Part shown: positions 18,637 to 28,392 of the stretch, piece by piece | Layout: each line of letters begins with the position of its first letter | Numbering within the stretch: position 1 is the first letter of the stretch | Notes under the pieces: model-generated | The model's input: the letters and a program-made list of their open reading frames with translations, nothing else | What the model was told of the DNA's origin: nothing | Database searches by the model: none | DNA from: Patescibacteria group bacterium | Lineage (GTDB): Bacteria; Patescibacteriota; Minisyncoccia; 2-02-FULL-40-12 | NCBI GenBank assembly: GCA_038063995.1 | Contig: JBBTUA010000006.1 | Span: forward strand, 1 to 44,782 | DNA length: 44,782 nucleotides | Reading direction: 5' to 3' | Program-made: the position numbers and the translations under genes

Positions 18637-18909
18637 ATGACCGAGTTTGAAAGAAAAGTTTATGATACAGTCAAGAAAATTCCAAAGGGGGAGGTTTTGA
18701 CTTATAAAGAAGTGGCCCGGCTTATCGGCAAACCGTTGGCTTATCGGGCAGTCGGAAACGCGCTCAATAAAAACCCGTTTAAACAAGTGCCTTGCCACAG
18801 GGTGATAAGGACTGATGGAATGGTTGGAGGATATGTGAGAGGACTAAAAGTTAAGGCCGAATTATTAAAAAAGGAAGGTTTCGAAGTTGAACTTTTGGGA
18901 ATCAGATAA
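18637..18909 (+). CDS. Minimal O6-alkylguanine-DNA alkyltransferase (C-terminal domain)
   Basis: IPKGEVLTY, RAVGNAL, active-site PCHRV. Confidence 0.9.
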   Translation: MTEFERKVYDTVKKIPKGEVLTYKEVARLIGKPLAYRAVGNALNKNPFKQVPCHRVIRTDGMVGGYVRGLKVKAELLKKEGFEVELLGIR

Positions 18910-18915
18910 TTATTT

Positions 18916-19794
18916 TTAAATCACTAAATTGCTTCTTCCGCCGGTGGGATCGAGTTCAACAAAATGAGTGCTGCCAGTCTCGGTAAGATAAATAAGGTGC
19001 CAGCCTGTTTTAAACCAGAAGACTTGCTTTATTCTGTTTTCGCTCTGAATCACCAGTTCTTTGCGGTCTTTTTGAAAAAAAGGAGGCTCATTTTCGTTTT
19101 TGAGCCATAAAACACTTATTTCATTCGGCCCGACAATGGCGATTTTTTTATTATCGGGAGAAAGAATAAGATCATTTGAAGACGAAGAATGGATTTTTTC
19201 CCAGGCTCCGCTCGCATCAAGAGAAAAAACCCCGGGAGTCTTTAAATCGTAAGAAGCCAAATATATGTTTGCTTGGAGAATTTTCAGTTTGTAGTTTTTT
19301 AAAAAGACAGATTCGGAAGAAACTTTTTCGATCTGTTCGTCTTCAAGCCGCTGGTAAAGAAGACCGTCAGCCCGGCTTATGAAATAATTCGGATTTTCTT
19401 TCACGGGCTCGGAGTTTTTAACGAAATCTGCTACTTCTTCGCTGTTTGGCAAATATATGTTAGTCAGTTGGACTGCTTCTCCGGATTTAACTTTGATGGT
19501 TTTATTCAAATCCGGAAAGCCGTTTTTTTTGAGAGTAATATTATATTCGCCGGGCAAAAGATTTTTTTTGACGAAGGTCTCTGAAAGAAATGAGGTTTTG
19601 CCCTGTCTCTCGCCGTCAATAAAAACTTCAACGCCATCCATATTGGTTTTAATCAAAAGTCCACCTGTCTCCACCCATTTCAATTTTTCAAAATTAAATT
19701 GGTAGCCGTAGGCATAAAGGACAATCAGGTAGGTAAGTACAAAAAAAGAGAGAAACGAAGCAATTAAAATAAAGGTCTTAGCGCCTTTAGACAT
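18916..19794 (-). CDS. PEGA domain membrane-anchored protein
   Basis: N-terminal TM then TGGLLIKT, VFIDG, LLPGEYNITLKKNG. Confidence 0.8.
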   Translation of the reverse strand: MSKGAKTFILIASFLSFFVLTYLIVLYAYGYQFNFEKLKWVETGGLLIKTNMDGVEVFIDGERQGKTSFLSETFVKKNLLPGEYNITLKKNGFPDLNKTIKVKSGEAVQLTNIYLPNSEEVADFVKNSEPVKENPNYFISRADGLLYQRLEDEQIEKVSSESVFLKNYKLKILQANIYLASYDLKTPGVFSLDASGAWEKIHSSSSNDLILSPDNKKIAIVGPNEISVLWLKNENEPPFFQKDRKELVIQSENRIKQVFWFKTGWHLIYLTETGSTHFVELDPTGGRSNLVI

Positions 19795-19866
19795 ACGAAT
19801 TATTTTACATTTTTATAATCTTAGCGTCAATTTGCTCTGTTAGATTTCAGGATATATCATTGCCTA
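19795..19866. promoter_or_regulatory. Back-to-back divergent sigma70 promoters, both apparently leaderless
   Basis: Minus strand: TTGACG-17-TAAAAT-7-ATG. Plus strand: TTGCTC-17-TATCAT-6-ATG. Confidence 0.65.
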
Positions 19867-20871
19867 ATGGCACGGAAAATCGGCATAGATCTAGGAACAA
19901 CCAATACGCTTGTTTTTGTTCCGGGAAACGGAATAAGAATCAACGAGCCTTCAGTGGTGGCTATTTCTTTATTTGATAACCGCATCTTGGCCGTGGGAAA
20001 TTTGGCTAAAGAAATGGTCGGTCGGGCGCCAGACACTATTTCCGTAGTCCGGCCCTTAAAAGACGGCGTTATTGCAGATTATAAAGTGACCCAGGCGATG
20101 ATCAGGTATTTTATCAATAAGTCGTTCAATAAATTCAACTTTTTGAAAAAAGAAATTTTGATCTCGGTTCCGGCGGCCATAAATTCAACTGAAAGAAGAG
20201 CGGTGATTGAAGCCGGGATGAACGCAGGCGTCAAAGCGGTTTATCTGGTTAAAGAGCCGGTGCTTGCGGCAATAGGAGCAGGCATTCCGATCAACTCTTC
20301 TTACGGTCATATGGTGGTTAATATAGGCGGCGGCACGACAGAGGTGGCGATAATAAGCCTTGGCGGCATAGTGGCTTCTGCCGGAGTCAGAGTAGCCGGA
20401 AATAAAATAGATCAGGGGATTATTGATTATGTTAAGAAAAAGCACAATCTGGCCATAGGCGAGAGAACAGCGGAACTTATTAAAATAAACATCGGAACAG
20501 CCATAAGGGTTTCCAACGAGGAAACAATATCAATAAGAGGGAGAGATTTAATTACCGGCCTGCCTAAAACAATTGATTTAACTTCAAACGAAGTGAATGA
20601 GGCCATTCAGGAACAGTTAAACGAAATCAGCCAGGTGGTTAAGCGTGTTTTGCAGGAGACTCCGCCGGAGCTCTGCGCCGATATAATCGAGCGGGGGATT
20701 ACGCTTACTGGCGGCGGAGCGCTTTTGAAGAATATGGATGTATTTATCACCCGCGTGACCGGAGTGTCGGCAAAAACTGCCGACGACCCGCTTCTTTGCG
20801 TCGCCAAAGGAACTGGAGTGGTTTTGGAAAACTTAGAAATTTATAAGAAGAATATAATTACTCGAAGGTAG
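19867..20871 (+). CDS. mreB: Rod shape-determining protein MreB
   Basis: IGIDLGTTNT, NEPSVVA, RPLKDGVIAD, NIGGGTTEVA, LTGGGALL. Confidence 0.96.
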   Translation: MARKIGIDLGTTNTLVFVPGNGIRINEPSVVAISLFDNRILAVGNLAKEMVGRAPDTISVVRPLKDGVIADYKVTQAMIRYFINKSFNKFNFLKKEILISVPAAINSTERRAVIEAGMNAGVKAVYLVKEPVLAAIGAGIPINSSYGHMVVNIGGGTTEVAIISLGGIVASAGVRVAGNKIDQGIIDYVKKKHNLAIGERTAELIKINIGTAIRVSNEETISIRGRDLITGLPKTIDLTSNEVNEAIQEQLNEISQVVKRVLQETPPELCADIIERGITLTGGGALLKNMDVFITRVTGVSAKTADDPLLCVAKGTGVVLENLEIYKKNIITRR

Positions 20872-21153
20872 CCGTAAACATACAATCTAGACCTCTCGGG
20901 TATAAATAATTTATTCTCGCCCTTTTCTGCTCAATGCCTTTCAGGAAACGCTCGGCCTCATACATCTTTTATACAAAGCTCAACTCCTGTCTTTAAGAAA
21001 AAACCCTCGCTCCTCGTTCGCCTCGCTACAAAGATTATCTCCTCAATACGGCTCGGCTCACGAGGTTCCTGATAAGGCATTACGCAGCGGGCTCGAAGAA
21101 TAGAAATTATTTATACCCCTGCGGCTCTAATCTAAAGATAAATGTTTGCGGCT
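20870..21153 (-). repeat. Large structured intergenic element, type B copy 1
   Basis: Terminal IR AGCCGTAAACAT/ATGTTTGCGGCT, inner IR GGGTATAAATAATTT/AAATTATTTATACCC, core AAACCCTCGCTCCTCGTTCGCCTCGCTACA shared with 32060 and (reversed) 39141. Confidence 0.85.
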
Positions 21154-21197
21154 GACTGCTTGTAAAAAATTTTGTTCTTCGATTTAATATGAAAAGG

Positions 21198-21301
21198 CCG
21201 CAAGCTTATCTAAAAGATTTTGAATGGGGATTATTTATTTGATGAACAAAGAGAGAAGAAGGAGGCTATGCCCGAGAGGCTTTTTTTCTGAACGCTTGCG
21301 G
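21198..21301 (+). repeat. Degenerate structured element facing away from type B copy 1
   Basis: IR CCGCAAGC/GCTTGCGG; TATGCCCGAGAGGCTTT is the reverse complement of the type B arm AAAGCCTCTCGGGTATA with 1 mismatch. Confidence 0.55.
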
Positions 21302-21312
21302 TTATACTATAT

Positions 21313-22452
21313 ATGAAAATTGCTTTAGTTCATGATTGGCTTACGCGGCTGGGGGGTGCGGAAAGAGTTGTCATCGCTTTTCATAAAATTTTTCCGGAAG
21401 CTCCGATTTATACTCTTTTTTACGACAAGAAATTTGTTTCTCAAAATCTGCCCGAGGCAAAAATAGTTCCTTCGTTTCTGCAAAAAGTCCCGAATATAAA
21501 AAAGCTCCATCCCTGGTTTAAAGTCATTATGCCTGCGGCCGTAGAGTCTTTTGATCTTTCAAGTTTTGATTTGGTTATTTCGTCGAGCCATGAAGTCAGC
21601 CATGGTGTTTTGACAGGTCAAAACACAAAGCATATCTGCTTTTATCACAGCCCTTCCAGGCTTTTATGGGATAGAGGCATCGAGTACATCAAGGATTTTA
21701 AAGAAAGAGGGCGAAGTCCTTTTAAAATTTCTTTAATCAGATTGGGTCAGCATTTTCTGCGGCTTTGGGATAGGTCTGCCAGCTTGAGGCCGGATATTAT
21801 TCTGGCAAATTCAGAACATATTTCTCAAAGAATCAAAAAATATTACGGACGGGAAGCAAAAGTGGTTTATCCGCCGGTAGAAATAAATGGGAAGCTTGCT
21901 TTAAATTCAGAAACATCCAAGAAGGATTACTTTTTGATTGTTTCCCAGCTCTACCCTCATAAGAATATTGATTTGGCGATCGAGGCTTTTAAGAAAATTC
22001 CGGAGATAAATCTTGCGATAATAGGTGAAGGCCCGGAATACAAAAATTTAAAATTTAAAATTGAAAATTTAAAATTAAAGAATGTAAAGCTTTTGGGCTT
22101 TGTTCCAGATAAAGAACTGCCTGTTTATTATCAAGGCTGCTTGGCCTACCTTATTTGCAACGAAGAAGATTTCGGAATATCGCCGGTTGAGGCAATGTCT
22201 TATGGTAAGCCGGTTTTGGCTTATAAATCAGGCGGAGCAGTCGAAACAATCAAAGAAGGCCTGACTGGGGAGTTTTTTACAAGCCTAACTAAAGAAGAGC
22301 TTGCCAAGGCTTTGAGTTTGATTCAAAAAAATATAGAAAGCGGCAAATATAGTCCTGAATTGATAAAAAAACACTCTGAAAAATTCGGTTTTGAGCGGTT
22401 TAAAAACGAGATTCTGGATATAATCCGTAATTTAGGGTACAATTATAATTAA
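21313..22452 (+). CDS. Glycosyltransferase family 4
   Basis: KIALVHDWL, GGAERV, EEDFGISPVEAMSYGKPV. Confidence 0.93.
   Translation: MKIALVHDWLTRLGGAERVVIAFHKIFPEAPIYTLFYDKKFVSQNLPEAKIVPSFLQKVPNIKKLHPWFKVIMPAAVESFDLSSFDLVISSSHEVSHGVLTGQNTKHICFYHSPSRLLWDRGIEYIKDFKERGRSPFKISLIRLGQHFLRLWDRSASLRPDIILANSEHISQRIKKYYGREAKVVYPPVEINGKLALNSETSKKDYFLIVSQLYPHKNIDLAIEAFKKIPEINLAIIGEGPEYKNLKFKIENLKLKNVKLLGFVPDKELPVYYQGCLAYLICNEEDFGISPVEAMSYGKPVLAYKSGGAVETIKEGLTGEFFTSLTKEELAKALSLIQKNIESGKYSPELIKKHSEKFGFERFKNEILDIIRNLGYNYN
22043..22077 (+). repeat. Heptamer tandem repeat (AAAATTT)x5 inside the CDS
   Basis: AAAATTT AAAATTT AAAATTG AAAATTT AAAATTA, encoding NLKFKIENLKLK. Confidence 0.75.
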
Positions 22453-23661
22453 ATGAGATTTAAGGTACTAGTACCTGTTATTTTAATTTCGCTTGTCGCA
22501 GGTTTTTTTGGCGGCGTCCAGTTTCAAAAAAGCCAGGAACCCATACCTAGCGGATTAAGAGAATTGATCAATAAAGATGTCGGTCAGCCAGAGGCCGTTG
22601 ATTTTAGTTTGTTTTGGGATGCCTGGAATCTGGTTCATGAAAGATATGTTGATCGCGGAGAACTCGATACTCAAAAAATGGTTTTCGGGGCCATAGAAGG
22701 AATGGTTAAAAGCATCGATGATCCATTTACTGTTTTTCTGGAAGCCGATGAAAGTTCAAGGTTAAGAGAGGAAATAAGCGGCGAGTTTGCCGGAGTGGGC
22801 ATAGAAATCGGGGTAAGAGACGAGGTTCTTACTGTTATTGCTCCTTTAGAAGATACGCCGGCGGATAAAGCCGGTATAATTGCCGGAGACAGAATATTAA
22901 AGATAAACGGCGAATCGACTGTTGGGATCAGTTTGGAAGACGCCGTTTCTAAAATAAGAGGCCGAAGAGGAACAAAAGTGACTTTAAGCATTTCCAGAAA
23001 GTTGGACAGCCGTGAAGAAACCAAAGATGTGGAATTGACCAGGGAAAAAATAAAAATTCCGACGGTTAAATGGTCGGAAATTCAGCCCGGAATCGGATAT
23101 ATCCAATTATTCAGTTTTAATCAAATAGCTAAAGGGGAATTTGATAAAGCAATTGGAGAACTAAAAAAGAAGGGAGCGGATCAAAAACTAATTTTTGACT
23201 TGAGGAATAATCCGGGCGGGCTGCTTGATCTGGCAATAGATATTTCAAGCTACTTTTTGGACCCGGGTCAGGTTGTAGTCATTGAGGATTTTGGAGAAGG
23301 GCAAAGGAAAGAGCTTAAGGCGAAGCCAAACGGAAGCCTAAAAAATACGAAAGTCGTGATTTTAATAAATAAAGGCTCGGCTTCAGCCTCGGAGATAGTT
23401 GCCGGTGCTTTAAGCGACAATAAAGGAGTAAAGTTGATAGGCGAAAAAACCTTTGGTAAAGGTTCGGTTCAGCAAGTCGAAGAGTTAAGATTCAAAACGG
23501 CATTAAAGATAACAGTAGCAAAATGGCTTACGCCAAAAGGCCGCTCCATTTCCGATGAAGGCATCGAGCCTAATATTAAAGTTGAAAGAGTAGAAGACGA
23601 TATTAAAAACGACCGCGATCCGCAATTGGATAGAGCGGTGGAAGAAATCAAAAAACTATGA
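22453..23661 (+). CDS. S41 carboxyl-terminal processing protease
   Basis: PDZ GVGIEI, DLRNNPGG, SASASEI, TFGKGSVQ. Confidence 0.94.
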   Translation: MRFKVLVPVILISLVAGFFGGVQFQKSQEPIPSGLRELINKDVGQPEAVDFSLFWDAWNLVHERYVDRGELDTQKMVFGAIEGMVKSIDDPFTVFLEADESSRLREEISGEFAGVGIEIGVRDEVLTVIAPLEDTPADKAGIIAGDRILKINGESTVGISLEDAVSKIRGRRGTKVTLSISRKLDSREETKDVELTREKIKIPTVKWSEIQPGIGYIQLFSFNQIAKGEFDKAIGELKKKGADQKLIFDLRNNPGGLLDLAIDISSYFLDPGQVVVIEDFGEGQRKELKAKPNGSLKNTKVVILINKGSASASEIVAGALSDNKGVKLIGEKTFGKGSVQQVEELRFKTALKITVAKWLTPKGRSISDEGIEPNIKVERVEDDIKNDRDPQLDRAVEEIKKL

Positions 23662-24101
23662 AAATAATTTTAACGGAAAATATAAAAGGGCTTGGCCAGA
23701 TAGGGGAGACGGTAGAAGTGAAAAGCGGATATGCCAGGAATTTTTTAATGCCAAAAAAAATGGCTGTTTTGGCGACAGCCGAAAATATAAAAAAGGTGGA
23801 TGAAATAAAAATAGAAAAAAAAGAGGCCGCTCAGCAAAGCATTCAAGAAATGAAAGAAGTAGGGGAGAGGCTAAAGGATTTCAGGTTGATCATTGAAACA
23901 AAAGCTGACGAGAAAGGAAATTTATACGCCGGAATTAATTCAAAAACAATAAGCGATTTGTTGAAAGAGCGGGGGATAGAAGCTCCTCAGGAGTTTATTG
24001 AAATAGCGGCCGAACCAATAAAAAAGACCGGTATTTACCGAGTGATGTTTAAATTCTACGATATCGAAACAGGCTTTGAAGCAGAGGTGGTGGGACTTTG
24101 A
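23658..24101 (+). CDS. rplI: 50S ribosomal protein L9
   Basis: GLGQIGETVEVKSGYARNFLMP. Confidence 0.95.
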   Translation: MKIILTENIKGLGQIGETVEVKSGYARNFLMPKKMAVLATAENIKKVDEIKIEKKEAAQQSIQEMKEVGERLKDFRLIIETKADEKGNLYAGINSKTISDLLKERGIEAPQEFIEIAAEPIKKTGIYRVMFKFYDIETGFEAEVVGL

Positions 24102-24107
24102 GAACTT

Positions 24108-24380
24108 TTAAATAACGCTTATCACGCTGACAACTTTTTTGGAGCCGTCGAACTTTGATACTTTCTTTGTTCTGAATGATATTTTTCCTTCTCGAAGAGC
24201 GTAAATGGTGTCATCTCCGCCCATGCGAACTCCTAAACCGGGAACATATTTGGTTCCTCTTTGTCTGATTATAACGTTGCCTGGCTTCACAATCTGGCCT
24301 CCAAAGAGCTTAACCCCCAGACGTTTCGAGGCTGATTCCCGGGCGTTTTTTGATGATCCTTTTTGCTTTGTATGGGCCAT
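24108..24380 (-). CDS. rpmA: 50S ribosomal protein L27
   Basis: [30 protein letters not shown]. Confidence 0.96.
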   Translation of the reverse strand: MAHTKQKGSSKNARESASKRLGVKLFGGQIVKPGNVIIRQRGTKYVPGLGVRMGGDDTIYALREGKISFRTKKVSKFDGSKKVVSVISVI

Positions 24381-24384
24381 AAAA

Positions 24385-24419
24385 TTATAATTTAGAATAT
24401 AGAATATAGAACTTAGAAA
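24385..24419 (+). repeat. Heptamer tandem repeat (WTAGAAY)x5 filling the divergent intergenic gap
   Basis: TTATAAT TTAGAAT ATAGAAT ATAGAAC TTAGAAA. Confidence 0.8.
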
Positions 24420-24421
24420 CT

Positions 24422-24802
24422 ATGATAGCAGAAGTTTTAAACATAATCAAGAAGAATCTATTTGTTATATTTTTGATGATTTTGATCTCATTTTTAAGTT
24501 TTCAGTTGGGCCGAATTTCGAAAACCGCGGTTGATCCAATAAAGATCGAGAAGGCAAGCATTCAGGAAATATTTAAAGATGATGCTGTAGTTAAAATTGA
24601 GGCCAATACAGACAGCCAAAGCGGAGGGATGGGGGATTTTGATTTTCGAGTAGTCGCCTCTAAGAAATCTCAAAGCCGCCGCTATCACTTTCTTTGGTGT
24701 CCCGGCGTTAAGAATATAAAAGAAGAGAATAAAATTATTTTTGATTCAGAAAAAGAAGCAATTGAAGCCGGGTACAGTTTAGCGGGGAATTGTAGTAAGT
24801 AG
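24422..24802 (+). CDS. Membrane-anchored protein with Ada metal-binding-like C-terminus
   Basis: N-terminal TM; VASKKS..YHFLWC...EAIEAGY....C. Confidence 0.7.
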   Translation: MIAEVLNIIKKNLFVIFLMILISFLSFQLGRISKTAVDPIKIEKASIQEIFKDDAVVKIEANTDSQSGGMGDFDFRVVASKKSQSRRYHFLWCPGVKNIKEENKIIFDSEKEAIEAGYSLAGNCSK

Positions 24803-24814
24803 TTTAGTCCGAGT

Positions 24815-25567
24815 CTATATCTTTGACACCCCGTTCTTAATCTTTTTAATCCAATGATCATGCTCCCAGACCCATAAATCTTTGCAGGCCAAGAAGGCCA
24901 TAAGGTCTTCTTCAAAATTTTCCAGTTCTTTTAGTTCGATCTCGCCTTTAAGTTCGCTGAATTTATGCTGACAGTTGAGGATTCCTCCTCTTACTTTTAC
25001 ATTTCCGCCTTTTTCTCTCATTTTTGCCCCGCATTTCAAACATTCTTTAGCTTGATCGATCCTTAAGACCCACCTTGTAGTAGGGAAGATGTTGTTTTCT
25101 TTGATAGCTTCAACATAGGCCGCAGTCTGGATTCCATAATCGCGATATATGGAATACGAAGTTTTAATATCCAAAACTCCAAGCCGTCCATTCAGTTTCC
25201 CGATAACATCTACCGTGCCGGCATACCATTTATTTTTAGAAATAACTCTTTCTTCAATTTTCATAGGAACTATTTCATTTTCTTTTTTAAATTCTAAAAA
25301 AGCATCAATCGCCGGTTTTATGGAGTGGGGGACAACCGCTTGTTTTCCGGAAAGTATTGCTTCAATCGTTTCGTGAATCAAAGTTCCTTCTTCGGCTGAT
25401 TTGGCTTTAACCGCCTCGCCGGCAGAAAAGCTTCCCTGATCAGCATAGAATTTATAAAGGGCTGGTTTGGCTTTGATGGAGACGATAGAGGTAACCCGAG
25501 GATACCAAACGCCGTCTATTTCATATCCGGATTTGCCTTTAAAGTGATTTAAATCAGCGTAGAACAT
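24815..25567 (-). CDS. PD-(D/E)XK (RecB/Cas4-like) nuclease with a Zn-ribbon insert
   Basis: YPRVTSI, GTLIH, AGTVD, DIKTS, Q..AY; CLKC...CQH. Confidence 0.8.
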   Translation of the reverse strand: MFYADLNHFKGKSGYEIDGVWYPRVTSIVSIKAKPALYKFYADQGSFSAGEAVKAKSAEEGTLIHETIEAILSGKQAVVPHSIKPAIDAFLEFKKENEIVPMKIEERVISKNKWYAGTVDVIGKLNGRLGVLDIKTSYSIYRDYGIQTAAYVEAIKENNIFPTTRWVLRIDQAKECLKCGAKMREKGGNVKVRGGILNCQHKFSELKGEIELKELENFEEDLMAFLACKDLWVWEHDHWIKKIKNGVSKI

Positions 25568-25714
25568 TTTTTGTTATATTAGTAGAATAAAGCCTTTTTA
25601 CTTTATTAGAAAGAGCTAAAATTTCCAAATGTTGATAACAGGGGATTGACCCTATATTCAGATATTATAGACTGGGTATAATACCTCTAACACTCAATAC
25701 ATTATTAAATACCT

Positions 25715-26203
25715 ATGCCCTATCCGTCAAAAAGTAAAAAAGTTGGAGAATTCTATAAGAGAGCATTTAAAGATTTAGTTATAAAACTTTATTGTAAAGA
25801 TAAGTTATCTAGCTTAGAAATTGCGGAAAAGTTTTTAAAAGAAGCTAAAGTTTCACCATCCCCTCGATATATACAACGCATCATTCAATTATTGGGTAAA
25901 TCCCGTAATTTCAGCGAAGCTTTCACCCTTGCTATTAAAAAGGGTCGAAAAAGTTACGATAGCTTAAGAAAACCCATTAAAGCATCTATTTTAAGAAAAG
26001 GAATTGATTTAAGGCAAAGATATTAAATTTTGAAAAGAGATAATTTTAAATGTGTGTTATGCGGGAATACTGCTAAAGAAGTTCGGCTTGAAATTGACCA
26101 TATAACTCCGGTAGTTAATGGCGGCAATAATAATCTATATAACTTAAGAACTTTATGTGTTCTTTGTAATCGTGGTAAAAAATTCAGCGAAAATGAAAAA
26201 TAA
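25715..26203 (+). pseudogene. HNH endonuclease with N-terminal helical domain, interrupted by in-frame TAA at 26024-26026
   Basis: Same frame continues RY*ILKRDNFKCVLCG...LEIDHITPVVNGGNNNLYNLRTLCVLCNRGK to TAA 26201-26203. Confidence 0.85.
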
Positions 26204-27149
26204 ATCGAAAAATACGATTGTCCTCCCCTATCTTGATGATTTTTTATTGCATTTGCAGTCAAACAACTATTCTGACGAAACTATATACAACTACGAACGG
26301 GATCTACTAGTTTTTGAAAACTTCCTTAATGAGTCCCCTATTCCGTTTAATAAGATTAACAAAAGAATCGTCGAATCTTATAAAGCATATTTAGCTTCGA
26401 TTGACCGGGAAACGCCTATTAAAGCAAGTGTCGAAAAAAAACTAGGCAGTTACTCAACAAACAGGTTCTTATCCTCACTGAGGTCATACTTCAGATACCT
26501 TATTAAAATGGACTACCCCTCCCCTATTCCGCCTGATGCCATTACTTTAATTAAAAAAGAAAAAAAAATTCCCAAAGTTCCGGAGTTCCAAGATACAGTG
26601 AAGTTGATAGAGTCCCCTTCGCAATTAGAGAAAAATCAAATTATAGCCAAAAGGAATCGTGCAATCTTAGAAGTCTTTTTTTCCACTGGTATAAGGATTT
26701 CTGAACTGGTGAATTTGAAGTTGAGTCAGATCAACAAAGAAGGGCAAATTTATATTTTAGGCAAAGGCAAAAAAGAAAGATTCGCTTACTTAACGCCAAG
26801 AGCTTTTCGTCATCTGAAAGAATATCTTAAAACCCGTAACGATGAATCAGCATACGTATTTATACCTTATAGTGGCCGAAATAAAGCAATGAAAGATAAG
26901 AAAGTTTCAACTAACTATATCCAGTATAAAATTAAACAATATCGCGAGATACTAGGTATAAATGTGCCTATATCTCCGCATGCTTTAAGAAGAGCCTTTG
27001 CTACATACTTAGCCGAATCAGGGGCAAGTCCAGCGGCTATTCAAATACTGTTAGGCCACGAGTCTTTGGATACAACAACACGCTATGTTCAAATTTCTAG
27101 CCGATACGCAAAAAAAGTTCATGAAAAATTCCATCCGTTAAAGGAGTAA
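26193..27149 (+). CDS. XerC/D-like tyrosine recombinase
   Basis: Catalytic set present: TGIRISE, GKGKKER, HALRR, LLGH, TTRY. ATG 26193 overlaps the end of the HNH frame. Confidence 0.92.
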   Translation: MKNKSKNTIVLPYLDDFLLHLQSNNYSDETIYNYERDLLVFENFLNESPIPFNKINKRIVESYKAYLASIDRETPIKASVEKKLGSYSTNRFLSSLRSYFRYLIKMDYPSPIPPDAITLIKKEKKIPKVPEFQDTVKLIESPSQLEKNQIIAKRNRAILEVFFSTGIRISELVNLKLSQINKEGQIYILGKGKKERFAYLTPRAFRHLKEYLKTRNDESAYVFIPYSGRNKAMKDKKVSTNYIQYKIKQYREILGINVPISPHALRRAFATYLAESGASPAAIQILLGHESLDTTTRYVQISSRYAKKVHEKFHPLKE

Positions 27150-28391
27150 CTAGTCATTCTTTGTGAAAATCACCAGATCCTTAAAGAATAAAGATAGTGC
27201 TTTTGTAATCGGCAAAGTTTTAGAAAAATGTCTGAAATCAACCAGTTGTCTTAAAACATAGCCTAGAAATCCGGTGATTTCAGTTCTTTTATAGTGGAAA
27301 TAAGCCCACTTCCCTCCTGCCGGGACAATCCATGAGTCATAAAACGGCTTATAAGGCCTTAATTTGCGGTTAGTAATGTGATTTATTATGTTTTTGGCCG
27401 CGGTTTCTCCCTGCTCAAAAGCCGTATGGGCCATTGCCGGAACCGGCTTTCCGGTTTTAGGGTCTGTGAAAGCGGCGTTATCCCCTATCGCAAAAATTTT
27501 CTCATTTTCAGTCTGGAGAAATTCATTAATTTCTATCATTCCTTTTTTGTTCATTTTTAATCCGAGATTTTCTAAAAGTCTCGAGCCGCGGATACCGCCG
27601 GCCCAAATAGTTAAGTCGGATTCGATTATTTCTCCGGTATCCCCTATTTTTATAAAATTCGGCCCAACTTCAGATACCGGCGAGTTAATTTTTATCCGAA
27701 CCATTTCTGCGTTGAGCCTTTTCTCAATTTTTTTTCTTGCTTTTTCACTTATCGCCGGAAGAATATTCGGCCCTGCTTCGATAAGGTTTATCGCGGTGCA
27801 TTTTTTATCCAAATTTTCGTCTTCGATTATATTTTTAACGCAGCAAGCCAATTCTGCGGAAAGTTCCACACCGGTGAATCCCCCGCCAATAATGTTTATT
27901 TTTATATCACCACCCTCCTTTTTTTTATAATTTTCGTAAATTTCCTTTATTTTTTTATAAACCCCGACTGCATCGTCGATCATTTTAAAATTAAAAGCGT
28001 ATTCCCGGACTCCCGGAACGCCGTAAAATTCGGTTTCTCCTCCAAGGGCGATTATCAGATAATCAAAATCAATTCGATTAGCGCCATTTGTAATTACAAA
28101 CCTATCTTTTAAATTGATATCTCTTATTTCTGCCTGGACAAAATTTATCCGTTTGCCGCTAAATATCTCATAAATCGGAATTGCCACCGAGCCCCGAAGA
28201 TATTGGGCAAAACTATCCTGGATCAATCCATAGACTGTTGCAACTTCATAAAGTGAGGGCGTGAAAAGATGAAAATTATTGCGGTCAATCAAAGTTATTT
28301 TAAAATCTCTGTCATTCCCCAGTTTTTTTTCTAATTCCAAAGCCGCGCTGATTCCTCCAAAACCTGCTCCGAGAATTAAAATATTAGTCAT
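27150..28391 (-). CDS. NAD(P)/FAD-dependent oxidoreductase (type II NADH dehydrogenase-like)
   Basis: Two Rossmann motifs GAGFGG and GGGFTGVE; FAIGD. Confidence 0.88.
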   Translation of the reverse strand: MTNILILGAGFGGISAALELEKKLGNDRDFKITLIDRNNFHLFTPSLYEVATVYGLIQDSFAQYLRGSVAIPIYEIFSGKRINFVQAEIRDINLKDRFVITNGANRIDFDYLIIALGGETEFYGVPGVREYAFNFKMIDDAVGVYKKIKEIYENYKKKEGGDIKINIIGGGFTGVELSAELACCVKNIIEDENLDKKCTAINLIEAGPNILPAISEKARKKIEKRLNAEMVRIKINSPVSEVGPNFIKIGDTGEIIESDLTIWAGGIRGSRLLENLGLKMNKKGMIEINEFLQTENEKIFAIGDNAAFTDPKTGKPVPAMAHTAFEQGETAAKNIINHITNRKLRPYKPFYDSWIVPAGGKWAYFHYKRTEITGFLGYVLRQLVDFRHFSKTLPITKALSLFFKDLVIFTKND

Positions 28392-28392
28392 A

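Noticed and set aside
25570-25714. dif site or oriC next to the recombinase
   Set aside because: No convincing 28-bp dif-like dyad by eye and only one DnaA-like box; no box cluster.
26024-26026. Stop-codon reassignment explaining the HNH interruption
   Set aside because: The stop is TAA. TAA, TAG and TGA all end conserved genes here, so code 25 or other recoding is unsupported.
10534-27149. Prophage (baseplate-J-like gene, nucleases, recombinase)
   Set aside because: These genes are scattered among ribosomal and envelope genes; no terminase, capsid or tail cluster.
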